Origin: Leptolyngbyaceae cyanobacterium
GTDB lineage: Bacteria; Cyanobacteriota; Cyanobacteriia; Phormidesmidales; Phormidesmidaceae
Direction: 5' to 3'
Assembly: GCA_050331235.1 (NCBI GenBank)
Contig: JBHJHA010000060.1
Coordinates: forward strand, 10,235 to 74,234
Length of the DNA stretch: 64,000 nt
Part shown: positions 50,666 to 60,923 of the stretch, in pieces
How the letters are laid out: each line of letters starts with the position of its first letter
Numbering within the stretch: position 1 is the first letter of the stretch
Program-made: the position numbers and the translations under genes
The notes under the pieces: model-generated
Seen by the model: the letters and a program-made list of their open reading frames with translations, nothing else
The model's database searches: none
What the model was told of the DNA's origin: nothing

Positions 50666-52060
50666 TCAAGGCCATTCGGCAGCGATCAAATCCTGGACAG
50701 CAGCCTGCAAATCGTTCGTCAGGCTAGCGACTGCTTGGCGCCGGTTCGCTTTGTAAGCAGGCCAGCGATCGCTCACGTTCAGCGGCTCGCCAATGGAGAG
50801 ATAGGCAACCTGATCGCCCAAGGGAGGCCGCGGAAAAGGATTTTTACCTTTAATCCGGACGATGGTGTCACGCAGCAGCAACAGCGTTTCGGCAAACCTT
50901 TCGACGGTGGGCTTTTCTTGCACATAGCGTCCCGTGACCGCCACAAAACTCTCAACCAGGCGCATATGCCACATTCTTAAACTGGCTTCTTCTGCAATGC
51001 GATCGGCCAGCCCGCGCTCTGTCGGCGAAAATCGACTTTTCTCAGGCCTCAACTCTTCCCGGTAAATCCAGTCCCATCCCGCCTGTTCAATCTTGCGGCA
51101 GCGGTCAATCACCGATCCTTTGGAGGGGATATGGAAAAACGACTCAGCCACTTCCAAGGCGGCATTTAGCAAGCGATTTAAGCGCTCAGGCAAATCAGCC
51201 TCCCCTGATTCATTCGCTGGGAGCGGCATTTGGAAAAAGTCGCGGTAGTAAGACTCCATCAGCATTAACAGATGGTTGCCTAGGTTGAGTAACCGGGGAT
51301 AGAGCACCTGAGCGATCGCGGTGGGTTCAGACGGTAGACTGTGGGCCGCGGCAGCTTGGGGCGCGATACCGATATCAGCCTCCAGTTCGGCCAACAGAGC
51401 TGCTAACGCTGGCCAAGGTGCCACTCGATAAAAGTATTGAATGCCCAATGGTAAAATCACTACCGGCTCGCTGCGATCGACTTTCAGCAAATCATCCACA
51501 CACCAAAAGCCAAACTGGGCAATGCCCGGCTCAAACGGACTGACAACTTCAGTGTGGCCGTTGTTAGCTCCCTCCGGAGCGGCCGCCATGGGAAATTGGC
51601 CGTTGGCAAAGAGGTTGCGCGCTGACTTGAGTCCCTGACGATCCACCTTGCCGCGCTGAATCGACGTGCCTCCGAGGCGGGCGTAAAATCCCCCCAACCA
51701 GTCGCCAGCCCAGAGGGGAATGCCGCGATCATAGATGAAGTGAACGTGGGGAGTCCCCGGTAGTGATTGCCCCTGCTGGCGGGCGATCGCCGGTAGCTCA
51801 TTCCACAGCAAATTCATCAAACAGTAAGCATCATCAGGACTGGGATGCCGAAAAGCAATGAGAAACCGCACTTCACCGGCCTGAAACTGACGAAACAGCT
51901 CGATGAGCGTCTCAGCGCCACGGACGTCGAGCTTTTTGACACTGCATCGAAAGCGCATCCACCACGGCAGAAAGGTCTTCGCGGCCCATAACACCTTGGG
52001 GTCAAAGTTGGGCGGCAAAAAATCTAACGGAGGCTGGGCATAGTGGGGCGTGTGAGTCAT
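50666..52060 (-). CDS. Phospholipid/glycerol acyltransferase family protein
   Basis: HxxxxD-like FRHPSPDD, AAPEG, ILPLGIQY. Confidence 0.8.
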   Translation of the reverse strand: MTHTPHYAQPPLDFLPPNFDPKVLWAAKTFLPWWMRFRCSVKKLDVRGAETLIELFRQFQAGEVRFLIAFRHPSPDDAYCLMNLLWNELPAIARQQGQSLPGTPHVHFIYDRGIPLWAGDWLGGFYARLGGTSIQRGKVDRQGLKSARNLFANGQFPMAAAPEGANNGHTEVVSPFEPGIAQFGFWCVDDLLKVDRSEPVVILPLGIQYFYRVAPWPALAALLAELEADIGIAPQAAAAHSLPSEPTAIAQVLYPRLLNLGNHLLMLMESYYRDFFQMPLPANESGEADLPERLNRLLNAALEVAESFFHIPSKGSVIDRCRKIEQAGWDWIYREELRPEKSRFSPTERGLADRIAEEASLRMWHMRLVESFVAVTGRYVQEKPTVERFAETLLLLRDTIVRIKGKNPFPRPPLGDQVAYLSIGEPLNVSDRWPAYKANRRQAVASLTNDLQAAVQDLIAAEWP

Positions 52061-52196
52061 GACCGCGGCTGTCCAAAAGGGGCTGTCCGGCAGAAATCCT
52101 GCCCTCTGACCGCTAGTTTAGGTGACAAGCAAGGCGTCGCGATCGCTCCGCCATGGAGTTTTGTCGGTTACTCCAGCTCAGCTGTAACCATGGCCG

Positions 52197-53297
52197 TTAG
52201 TCTGCGCTGAGATGGTATTGCTGGGTACCCGGAACACTATTGATATACCCCATCAGCTCCAGCTGAGTCAGCGCACTGAGAATATCACCGGTGGATAAGT
52301 CCGTAGCCTGCTGCACAATCGCATCGAGCGATCGCGCCTCCGGTGTGAGCGTTTGCAAAACGGTCAATAGTATCGGTGGCAAATTAGGAGTAGGCCGGCT
52401 TGCGAGGGCCACTGTCTCCACAGGCATCGCGCCCAAGGCCCCAATCAGCGTATCCTCTTGCAAAATCATCTGGGCACCTTGGCTCAAGATATCTAAACAG
52501 CCATGGCAACGCCAATTGTCTAAACTACCTGGAATGGCAAACACATCACGACCGTAGTCATTGGCGAGTTTGGCCGTGATGAGAGCCCCCGATTTTCGGG
52601 GAGCTTCGCTGACCAAAGTGGCTCGGCTCAAACCAGCAATAATACGATTGCGCTTAGGGAAATGCATTTTTTCGGGTTGAGTGCCCGGCGGGTGTTCACT
52701 GATCAACAGGCCGTGCTCCGCGATCGCGCTCTGGAGAGCCCGATTGCGATAGGGATAAACGATGTCAACCCCAGTGCCCAGTACTGCAATGGTTTGCCCC
52801 TGCGCCTCGAGACAGCTCTCATGGGCCACGCGATCGATACCATCGGCCAATCCCGATAACACTAAAAAACCAGCCCGACTCAAGCTTGTCGTCAGACGAC
52901 GAGTCCACCGCTTGCCATACTCCGACGGGCTGCGGGTGCCAACAATGCCCACAGCTGGAATCTGGTCGCAGGCCGTCAACAATTCTAAGCGCCCGGCATA
53001 GTAGAGTACCGGGGGTGGATCTGGGATTTCGTACAGCAGGGTAGGGTAGGCATCGTCCGCCGGGGTGACAAAGTTTCCCGGAGCCCGCACCGCTGCCGTT
53101 AGATCAATTTTGGGCCGATGTTCCGCGATCGCCCAGGCTAGCTTGAGCCCAATGCCCTCGACCCTCAATAACTCCTCCGGGGCAGCGGCCCAAGCAGCGG
53201 CCAAAGAGCCAAACTGCTGAGCCAACCGTTTTTGCAAAATGGGACCCAGTCCTGGTATGTGACTCCAAGCAAACCAAAACGCGCGCTCTTTCGCCAA
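52197..53297 (-). CDS. dprA: DNA-processing protein DprA
   Basis: IPDPPPVLY, IVGTR, SGLADGID, FPKRNRIIAGLS, SGALITA; TTG start inferred. Confidence 0.95.
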   Translation of the reverse strand: MAKERAFWFAWSHIPGLGPILQKRLAQQFGSLAAAWAAAPEELLRVEGIGLKLAWAIAEHRPKIDLTAAVRAPGNFVTPADDAYPTLLYEIPDPPPVLYYAGRLELLTACDQIPAVGIVGTRSPSEYGKRWTRRLTTSLSRAGFLVLSGLADGIDRVAHESCLEAQGQTIAVLGTGVDIVYPYRNRALQSAIAEHGLLISEHPPGTQPEKMHFPKRNRIIAGLSRATLVSEAPRKSGALITAKLANDYGRDVFAIPGSLDNWRCHGCLDILSQGAQMILQEDTLIGALGAMPVETVALASRPTPNLPPILLTVLQTLTPEARSLDAIVQQATDLSTGDILSALTQLELMGYINSVPGTQQYHLSAD

Positions 53298-53458
53298 GAT
53301 GATGCTCCCTTTTTTGGGCAGTGACACAGGAGGAGCGTGACGCCTTCGTCGAAAGTGGTTTCCAACCGCTACCAATAAGTCTGGCGGTCTGATCGGCGTT
53401 ACACTCACATTTCCATATGTCGCCTTAGAGTACCCGTCATCGGATCGTAAGACACTCG

Positions 53459-54136
53459 TTAAGAAGCGCTTGGGGTCGGCTGCTGTCGCTGCTGCTCTAG
53501 ATAAGTAAAAACGGTCTTGTCCCCAATATCCGGGGGAATCGGCTGTACCCCTTTACGCAGAGCGAAAATCACAAAGTTCGCTGCCCACAAAGCTAGTAAA
53601 AAGGCTTTCCACTGGAGCGGCAAAAAGCCAAACAAATGACCTAGCAGCAAAATCGGCACGAGGGGGGTCAACACCTTCGTTTCCAATCGGTTAAAGCAAA
53701 AGGCTTCTTTAAAGTAAATGCCTGTTAGAGCCGCAAAGGTAAACCCCACCCCCCATAGGGAAGCCGGATGTTGAAAAACGGTCATCGCAAACGGCTCAGA
53801 CGAAAAGTGGGCGATCGCTAAGGACGCTACTCCACCCACCAACCAAAATGCCTGTAGAAGCCGATGCAGAGGACGCAGATAAATATGAATTTTGAACAGG
53901 CTATAACCTAGCGACAGCCAAAATACCGTGTAAAGCAGACTCACCCCCGGCACCACCCAGTCGAGATCGCTCCGCCAGAGAATGCCTGTGGTCGCGATCG
54001 CAAAGCTGAGGGCAGCGATGGCCAATCCAGCCCGATACTGCATGACTTCCCGTCGATCAGCGGCATCGATAGTAAAGTCCCCGAACTGCCCCTCGTATAC
54101 GACAGGCTGCGACTGAGAGTTAGAGCTGTTCGTCAT
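53459..54136 (-). CDS. DUF2301 family membrane protein
   Basis: YEGQFGDF, IHIYLRPLH, KEAFCF, DIGDKTVF. Confidence 0.82.
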   Translation of the reverse strand: MTNSSNSQSQPVVYEGQFGDFTIDAADRREVMQYRAGLAIAALSFAIATTGILWRSDLDWVVPGVSLLYTVFWLSLGYSLFKIHIYLRPLHRLLQAFWLVGGVASLAIAHFSSEPFAMTVFQHPASLWGVGFTFAALTGIYFKEAFCFNRLETKVLTPLVPILLLGHLFGFLPLQWKAFLLALWAANFVIFALRKGVQPIPPDIGDKTVFTYLEQQRQQPTPSAS

Positions 54137-54312
54137 ACGTTCAAAATGCTCCAGCATTACCTACCAAGATCTTGCCATCACTTCAGTAGCGGCAAGTATT
54201 TGCCTACTATCATAGCGGCCGCCCCAAAGCGTCTTACTGCCAATATCGTCTACCCAACAGGCAGTAAGCTAAATGAAGCTTAATCACCACACTTGCAGTT
54301 TGAACCTGACCC

Positions 54313-55047
54313 ATGCCTGAGTTTGATTCGCCGTTGCCGCCGCCCGCAGAGCTTCGCCGCTGCATGATTCATCTAGGTCTACCAGTGGAAAAAATCCAAT
54401 GGGAACTTCTGGATCAAGCGTTAGTGCATGCATCGGTTTCGTCCGATCGCAATAATGAAAGACTAGAGTTTCTGGGCGACTCCGTTTTGCGGTTGGCAGC
54501 TGGCGAATTTCTCATGGAGAAATTTTCCACAGCTACGGTTGGAGATTTGACGATGGTGCGATCGCATCTCGTCAGTGACCAAACGCTGACACAAATTGCC
54601 GAGCAGTTGGGGCTGGAGACATTTTTGCAACTCTCCACAGCCGCCGCGGGGGACGATGCCGCTCGTCCCAAACGATTGGCGGATGCCGTAGAGGCAATTT
54701 TGGCGGTGCTGTATTTGAGTCAGGGCGACTTGTCCCTAGTACGGTCCTGGCTCGATCCCCATTTGTTGGCTCGGGCCAAACAGTTGATTGATAATCCAGA
54801 AGCACACAATCCTAAAACTGCTCTACAGGAACTCACCCAGGGAACCTATAAAGTCCTGCCCGACTATCGCACCCAGGAAATTAGCCAGACCCATGGGGAT
54901 CCGGAACGCTTTCGGGCTGAGGTTTGGTTTGGTGATCGTCTCCTGGGGACAGGCTTGGGCGCTTCGCGTAAAGCCGCAGAGCAAGCAGCGGCACTTCAGG
55001 GATATCGAGCATTGCAACACACTTCACTACTCCCCAGCGACACATAG
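54313..55047 (+). CDS. rnc: Ribonuclease III
   Basis: NNERLEFLGDSVL, LADAVEA, dsRBD NPKTALQE..G.G.SRKAAEQAAA. Confidence 0.93.
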   Translation: MPEFDSPLPPPAELRRCMIHLGLPVEKIQWELLDQALVHASVSSDRNNERLEFLGDSVLRLAAGEFLMEKFSTATVGDLTMVRSHLVSDQTLTQIAEQLGLETFLQLSTAAAGDDAARPKRLADAVEAILAVLYLSQGDLSLVRSWLDPHLLARAKQLIDNPEAHNPKTALQELTQGTYKVLPDYRTQEISQTHGDPERFRAEVWFGDRLLGTGLGASRKAAEQAAALQGYRALQHTSLLPSDT

Positions 55048-55184
55048 GTCAGATCATTCGCCAAGAGGGCTCCACCCGTGCCAACGGGGTAGCCTAAAGA
55101 GCAACCCAGCGAGAGTCCGAAGAAAACATTAAGATAAGTAAAGGTCTTTTATAAAACCGTGATCTGAGGTCTCAATCTAACTCT

Positions 55185-56171
55185 GTGAAACTGGCTAACC
55201 GTCCTTCGAACAATCCGGCTGTTTCTACCACTGCCGAGCCCATTATTCTGGCAACCCAAGCACTGACCAAGGGCTATGGGCGGGGCAAGCAACGGTTTGA
55301 AGCGGTCAAGCAAGTTTCTTTGACCCTCCATCAAGGAGAGGTCTTGGCTTTTTTGGGGCCTAATGGAGCCGGCAAGACCACCACTATTAAGATGATTGCC
55401 GGACTCGTACGACCTGACCGTGGGCAGGTGTTAGTAGCGGGCCAAGATCCCCACCGCCAGGCCCGAGCGCTGAAAAATATTGGGGCGGTGTTGGAAGGCA
55501 ATCGCAACCTGTATTGGCGGCTCACCCCAGAGGAAAATCTAGAGTACTTTGGGGTACTGCGTCAGGTTCCTCGAAAAGTTGCTCATCGTCGTGGATTAGA
55601 GCTATTGGCTCGCTTTGGGCTGGAGGAGAAACGCAATACCCCAGTGCAAAAGCTGTCGCGCGGCATGCAGCAAAAAGTTGCGATCGCGGTGGCGCTCATT
55701 CACAATCCCCAGCTTCTGCTGTTGGATGAGCCAACGCTGGGACTAGATGTGGAAGCCGGAGAAACCGTTAAAGCTCTGGTGCGACAGATTGCGCGGGAAG
55801 GGCGCGCCATTTTGCTCACAACCCATCAACTTGATGTGGCTGAGGAACTGTCCGACCGAGTTGCGATTATCCGCCGAGGGCAAATCATTGCTGAACAATC
55901 AACGGAATCGCTGCTGAGGGAATTTTCAGGATCTACTTATCACCTCGAGGTGGATGGAGATATCACAGCGGATCGAGTCCAGCAAATTGTGAGGCTAGGC
56001 GGCTCTGTGGATGGTCGACACGTTACCTACGCTGGTCCGAATGAAAAACTATATGCCCTATTGGCTACGCTCCGGCCGCTTCCGCTGATTGCCGTACAGC
56101 GCGATCGCGCCGATCTCACCCAGGTTTTTCTCAAGTTGGTCAAAGGCACCCAGGACGCTACCCATGATTGA
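55185..56171 (+). CDS. ABC transporter ATP-binding protein
   Basis: GPNGAGKT, LSRGMQQKV, LLLDEPTLGLD, TTH. Confidence 0.92.
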   Translation: MKLANRPSNNPAVSTTAEPIILATQALTKGYGRGKQRFEAVKQVSLTLHQGEVLAFLGPNGAGKTTTIKMIAGLVRPDRGQVLVAGQDPHRQARALKNIGAVLEGNRNLYWRLTPEENLEYFGVLRQVPRKVAHRRGLELLARFGLEEKRNTPVQKLSRGMQQKVAIAVALIHNPQLLLLDEPTLGLDVEAGETVKALVRQIAREGRAILLTTHQLDVAEELSDRVAIIRRGQIIAEQSTESLLREFSGSTYHLEVDGDITADRVQQIVRLGGSVDGRHVTYAGPNEKLYALLATLRPLPLIAVQRDRADLTQVFLKLVKGTQDATHD

Positions 56172-56937
56172 TTTACTAAATGCAGAACTGAAACGGACCT
56201 GGATTCAATTTATCCGCTATCCAGCGGAAGTCATTGCAGGGTTGGTTATCACCACCTCTGTATTCTATGGCCTGTTTCTCAGTGCGCAATATATGGCGGG
56301 TCCGGGATTTGCCTTTGGTGATCGCCTCGATGCCGTAGTAATCGGCTATGTGCTGTGGACGCTAAACCTTTACATCATTAATGACATCGCAATCGGCCTG
56401 CAGTCTGAAGCGCAAACGGGGACCCTCGAACAGGTCTTTTTATCACCCTTTGGGGCTCCACGGGTATTTTTAGCGCGGGCGATCGCGAGTTTAGCCTTGC
56501 GGTTCATCTTGATTTCAGGGGTGGGTTTACTGCTGATGGTGATCTCTGGCAGTCGCTTAGCCTTCCCGTTGGCGCTGTTTTTGCCCTTTACCACTCTAGT
56601 CATGGCTGGCTATGGCTTTGCCTTCATGATGGGAGCCTGCGCCCTCGTCTTCAAGCGAGTACAGCAAATTTTGGGAATTTTCCAATTTTTGCTGCTGTTT
56701 TTACTCGCGGCACCATTTGAAGAAGCCACTGGCATCATGCAGTACCTGAGGTTTGTATTACCCATGATTCCCAGCACAGGGTTGCTGCGGGATTTGATGG
56801 CTCGTGATCTTGGCCTCGACTGGCTGACTTTTGGCTTAGCGCTAATGAACGGTGCTGCCTATCTGTCAATTGGCCTTCTGATTTTTCGTTGGGCCGAAAG
56901 AACTGCTAAAAAACGCGGTTCTCTAAGTGGTTATTAA
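56164..56937 (+). CDS. ABC-2 type permease
   Basis: EAQTGTLEQVFLSP; about 6 TM helices; overlaps the ATPase stop. Confidence 0.85.
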   Translation: MIDLLNAELKRTWIQFIRYPAEVIAGLVITTSVFYGLFLSAQYMAGPGFAFGDRLDAVVIGYVLWTLNLYIINDIAIGLQSEAQTGTLEQVFLSPFGAPRVFLARAIASLALRFILISGVGLLLMVISGSRLAFPLALFLPFTTLVMAGYGFAFMMGACALVFKRVQQILGIFQFLLLFLLAAPFEEATGIMQYLRFVLPMIPSTGLLRDLMARDLGLDWLTFGLALMNGAAYLSIGLLIFRWAERTAKKRGSLSGY

Positions 56938-57129
56938 GCGACAGCGAAGTTTGGGGACCGTTCAACTGATCGAAATCTCATTGAGTGCGTCAGCCCTACC
57001 GATCTCTAACCGTAGCTAGATAGGGAAAAGATAGAAATCGCCGAAGCTGACTCCAGCAGTGGGTATCAACCCTACGTGGTCTACTGATGCCGGCTGTGTC
57101 GACGATTTACGATTAGCTCTGGAGGTTTT

Positions 57130-57762
57130 GTGGCTACCTTAACTCTGTATGGCACTCCCGTTAGCACCTATGTCCGGACGGTGCGTCTCTTATTAGCAGA
57201 AGCTAATGCCGACTATGAGCTGATAGATGTTGGCATTTTCAATGGTGATAATGAAACAGAGGAGCATCTACGGAAACATCCCTTTGGCAAGGTGCCAGCC
57301 CTCGCCGTCGATGACCAATATCTGTACGAAACGAACGCCATCACCAGCTACCTTAACCAGACGGTAGCTAATCATAGCTACACTCCCACTGAGACTTTGA
57401 CTGCGGCTCGAATGCAACAGATTCTTTCCATCGTCGATAGCTATCTTTACAGCGCAGCCATCGGCACCGTCGTGATTCAGCGACTTATTGTGCCTCAACA
57501 GGGTGGTGAACCGGACGAGAATGCGGTCAAGGCGGCGATCGCTCCCGTTAAAAAAGCATTGGAAGCGATCGAGCAAATCACTGTAGGTTCCCCTTTCTTA
57601 CTAGGTAGCTTAATTTCGGTTGCTGACTTTTATCTCATCCCGATCTTTGTTTATCTATCCAAAACACCGGAATTTGACGCTGTGACCGCCAATACACCAA
57701 AATTACGTGTTTGGTGGGAACAAGTAAAAAGCTTGGATAGCGTCAAGCAGGTTTGCGGTTAA
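57130..57762 (+). CDS. Glutathione S-transferase family protein
   Basis: STYVRTV, HPFGKVPAL, LYETNAI, ISVADFY; GGAGG before the GTG. Confidence 0.92.
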   Translation: MATLTLYGTPVSTYVRTVRLLLAEANADYELIDVGIFNGDNETEEHLRKHPFGKVPALAVDDQYLYETNAITSYLNQTVANHSYTPTETLTAARMQQILSIVDSYLYSAAIGTVVIQRLIVPQQGGEPDENAVKAAIAPVKKALEAIEQITVGSPFLLGSLISVADFYLIPIFVYLSKTPEFDAVTANTPKLRVWWEQVKSLDSVKQVCG

Positions 57763-57925
57763 AGGCAACTCTAAGCGGTCTTGCTTACACAGATAGGACT
57801 CACGCACTGAATAAGATTCCGATAGATTAAATAGCGTCAGTCCCGATAACAAAGCTCAGCGCCGAGCAAGGCTAACGAGCCAAACATCAGGAATCGATGT
57901 GGCCTTTTCACTATCCCATTGATTC

Positions 57926-58390
57926 CTATGTAGTTGCAGTAAAAGACAGGATTAGATCGTCTATATAAGGGACGACTAATGCTGCACACTCAGGTGACAT
58001 TGCTCGGCTGATTTCTGCTTTAAGGTGAGCATAAGCCCGGGCGGCAGAGTCACTTTTATGAACAGCCCGAGTAATGTTTTCTAGCCATAGGGCAAAGCTT
58101 TGCTTAAAGAGTTCCGACTCATCCATCAAGACCGCTTTAGCAATTTCCTTAAGTGCATACTCCATGTCGCGCTTGCACTTAAAGCTGTGAGCCTGAACCT
58201 CTTGGCGGTGGGTTTTTGCCAGTTGTTTCAGTGAAGCAATAATCAGTGAGGCTGAATTTTGGCTGAGCAGTTGATAAGTTTTCAGCCGGACATCATATGA
58301 CTGGATGTAAACTTCTAATTGCTTGATTTCTTGATCGCTAAGATAGCGGCCATCAGCTTGGGTCGCAACTTGATTAAGGGTCAGTAACAT
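57926..58390 (-). CDS. Divergent phycobiliprotein-like (globin-fold) protein
   Basis: ADGRYLS and KCKRDM resemble allophycocyanin AD..GRY and xCxRD motifs. Confidence 0.7.
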   Translation of the reverse strand: MLLTLNQVATQADGRYLSDQEIKQLEVYIQSYDVRLKTYQLLSQNSASLIIASLKQLAKTHRQEVQAHSFKCKRDMEYALKEIAKAVLMDESELFKQSFALWLENITRAVHKSDSAARAYAHLKAEISRAMSPECAALVVPYIDDLILSFTATT

Positions 58391-58872
58391 AGGAAACACT
58401 CCGCTTGTGATAAGAGACTGAAACAAAAATAATCTTGAATGATTTTCCTGCCAGACTTGAATGATTTTTCGTTAGACATTCCTGCAGAATCAACCGTCTA
58501 AACAACATTTAGCCGGCCAACCAGGCTTACATTTTGAACTTTTCAAAACAGCTTTTGGGACTTGTACGGAGTCTGCCCAACTAGCTAATACCGTTCTCCA
58601 CCCTCGATGAGCACTTGACTAAAGTTTACATCGAGGCGGTCATACTCTATTGCAGACCGGCAAGCTACGCTGACCAGAAGCGGGCAGACTAAAGCCGCCT
58701 AACTGCACTCTGCATGGACGGAGGAACTTGAAACAGAAGACGTCGGAGCGATTGTAAGGAAAGATATCTTATTTTTAATCTTGTTTGCAGCTTTGCTTAT
58801 GTGATGTTGTTTGGGTTTTTGAGGTGATAGCTTGAGTTTCTGCTACATAACTTGTGTCGTCTCAAACTGTAT

Positions 58873-59040
58873 ATGTATAAGAATCGCGATAAAGACTGGC
58901 TGGGCTCCTTTGTAACTGCAGCGCTAGGTGCAGGTATTATCACTTCCCTCGCCGTTGCTCAAGGACAGAGTCCCTGGCTAGCTATGGGCATTACCGGATT
59001 TGCTGCCGCGATCGCCGTGGCTTTAGATCAGCTTTTATAA
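58873..59040 (+). CDS. Small hydrophobic protein (55 aa, two TM segments)
   Basis: Two Gly/Ala-rich hydrophobic helices joined by QGQSP. Confidence 0.6.
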   Translation: MYKNRDKDWLGSFVTAALGAGIITSLAVAQGQSPWLAMGITGFAAAIAVALDQLL

Positions 59041-59069
59041 GTGGCTCGATGATCTGTCCTTATTGGATG

Positions 59070-60200
59070 TTAATCCAAGCAAACCTCCAATAAGGACAGA
59101 TCATCAGAAAAGGTGCGGCTCTGGGTACGCTTGTTGACCTTGGTCAGGATGCTGTCGACGCTTTCGCTCAGGTCATGGGTTGACAAAATGTTGACAAAAT
59201 CGTCTAGCCCCATCATTGTGTTGTCCCACTGGCGAATCTCGTATACACCATCGCTAAACAGATAGAGCCGACTGCCCGGTGGAATCGAGCAGCGTTGCCA
59301 TTGATATTGCACCTCGGGTAGCATGCCCACTGGGAGTCCAGCCGTTTTCAGTGATTGGACGGTATGGGGGGCGTGGTCCTGTTGTGAGATCAGGATGGCA
59401 GGCGGGTGCCCAGCGCTAGCGTACATCAACTGGCGATTGGCACGGTTGTAGACGCCATACCAAATAGTGAAGTATTTCTCGTTCTGATCGTTCATCTGGA
59501 AGGTGTCATTGAGTGCTTGCAGCACCTTTTCCGGACGGTAGAAGTTCACATCGGGCAACGCCTGCGATCTCAACATATTGAGCACTGAGGTTGACAACAG
59601 GGCTGAGCCTAAGCCATGACCTGAGACGTCCAAGAGATAAATCACTAGGTAGTCAGGGTCAAGCCAGTAAAAGTCATAGCAATCTCCCCCCAAAGAGCTC
59701 GAAGGAATGAAGCGGGCGTTGATAGGAATTTTGTCGGTCAGATCGTTGGGGAGGAGCGATCGCACATAGGACTCAGCTTCAGATAATTCGATTTTGAGCT
59801 GTTCTTTTTGGGCCCTTAGCTCTTGTTTAAGCTGTAAGACTTGCTGTCCAGCAAGTACTCTAGCCCTGAGATTAAGTGCATCAAATGGATAAGCCAGCCA
59901 ATCATCAACCCCGGTGGTTGACGCTGGCGGAAATTTTGAATAGTCATCAGCAGAAAACAGCATGAGGCAATAAATGGCGGGAGTGTCCGGTTTGTCTCTT
60001 AAGGCTTGCCAAGTCGATAGACAGCCGGTTGCCGTTGCTTGTTTCCAATCACCGATAAGAATTAGCGAGTCGTCAAACTTGGTGAACTCAATTGCGTGGG
60101 GATCGTCTTCCCAGACCGTGATGTCGTTGACTTCTGTATCCACCAGTTCATCAAGTTGATGGCAGATATCAGAATCTGAGTTGACAACCAAAATATGCAT
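59070..60200 (-). CDS. PP2C/SpoIIE (RsbU-like) phosphatase with degenerate receiver domain
   Basis: LGGDCYD, LDVSGHG, ASAGHPP, FSDGVYE, DDLSLL; REC-like N-terminus. Confidence 0.9.
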   Translation of the reverse strand: MHILVVNSDSDICHQLDELVDTEVNDITVWEDDPHAIEFTKFDDSLILIGDWKQATATGCLSTWQALRDKPDTPAIYCLMLFSADDYSKFPPASTTGVDDWLAYPFDALNLRARVLAGQQVLQLKQELRAQKEQLKIELSEAESYVRSLLPNDLTDKIPINARFIPSSSLGGDCYDFYWLDPDYLVIYLLDVSGHGLGSALLSTSVLNMLRSQALPDVNFYRPEKVLQALNDTFQMNDQNEKYFTIWYGVYNRANRQLMYASAGHPPAILISQQDHAPHTVQSLKTAGLPVGMLPEVQYQWQRCSIPPGSRLYLFSDGVYEIRQWDNTMMGLDDFVNILSTHDLSESVDSILTKVNKRTQSRTFSDDLSLLEVCLD

Positions 60201-60923
60201 CGTTAAGCGAGGTCCTGTCCAAGGGGTATGTACTGCTCATCACTCTCAGTTAGCCAGGGCAGGCGGTGAGAAAGCGTAAGGCTCGAAGCGTATTTATCAA
60301 AACTGGGTCGACATCATCATGCAGGATGAGTTCGGGTGGCAAATGCGGTTACTGAGAAATTGACCAACACTCATTAGCTAATATCTTTGCCTGACGCGCA
60401 CCTTGTTCTCAATCATACTTAATGACCAACAACGGCAGCGGCTCGCTCGGAACAACGTACCCTTTAAAGACAATCATCTCCGAGCAACTGCTTCTCAGTT
60501 ACAAGACTGACTTGATCTTTGATTTACAACGCTGACTCAATCTATCCATTTATCCCAACCAAACTGAGCACAGGGTGATTTCTAGATCTTGTCAAAAATT
60601 CTGTTTCCGAAATATTACGGAAGGCACTTGTCCAGATTGCCCTAAAGCAACGCCCAGATTGCCATTGTTTCTGTAAACTAACAATTGGTTTATCAACGCG
60701 TGGGGCCTTGGCTGGAGTAGGGGTTAAGCCAGCGCGTAGTAAAACTTCTGTTCTCCACTCGTAATACAGCTGGGCTGCCACTCATCCCATTCATTTAGTA
60801 GGTCGCTTACTACAGACGAGATGCTGGCTTGCCTGAATTTCGTTCTTGCGATCGCGAGTCTCTCTTACAGCTCAGCAAACGGTTAGGGTTGGAGAGTCTG
60901 TTTCCCCAAATGCTGAGAAAGCT

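Noticed and set aside
55050..55140. rnpB or another structural RNA downstream of rnc
   Set aside because: No GAGGAAAGTCC or other RNase P RNA consensus, and the spacer is too short
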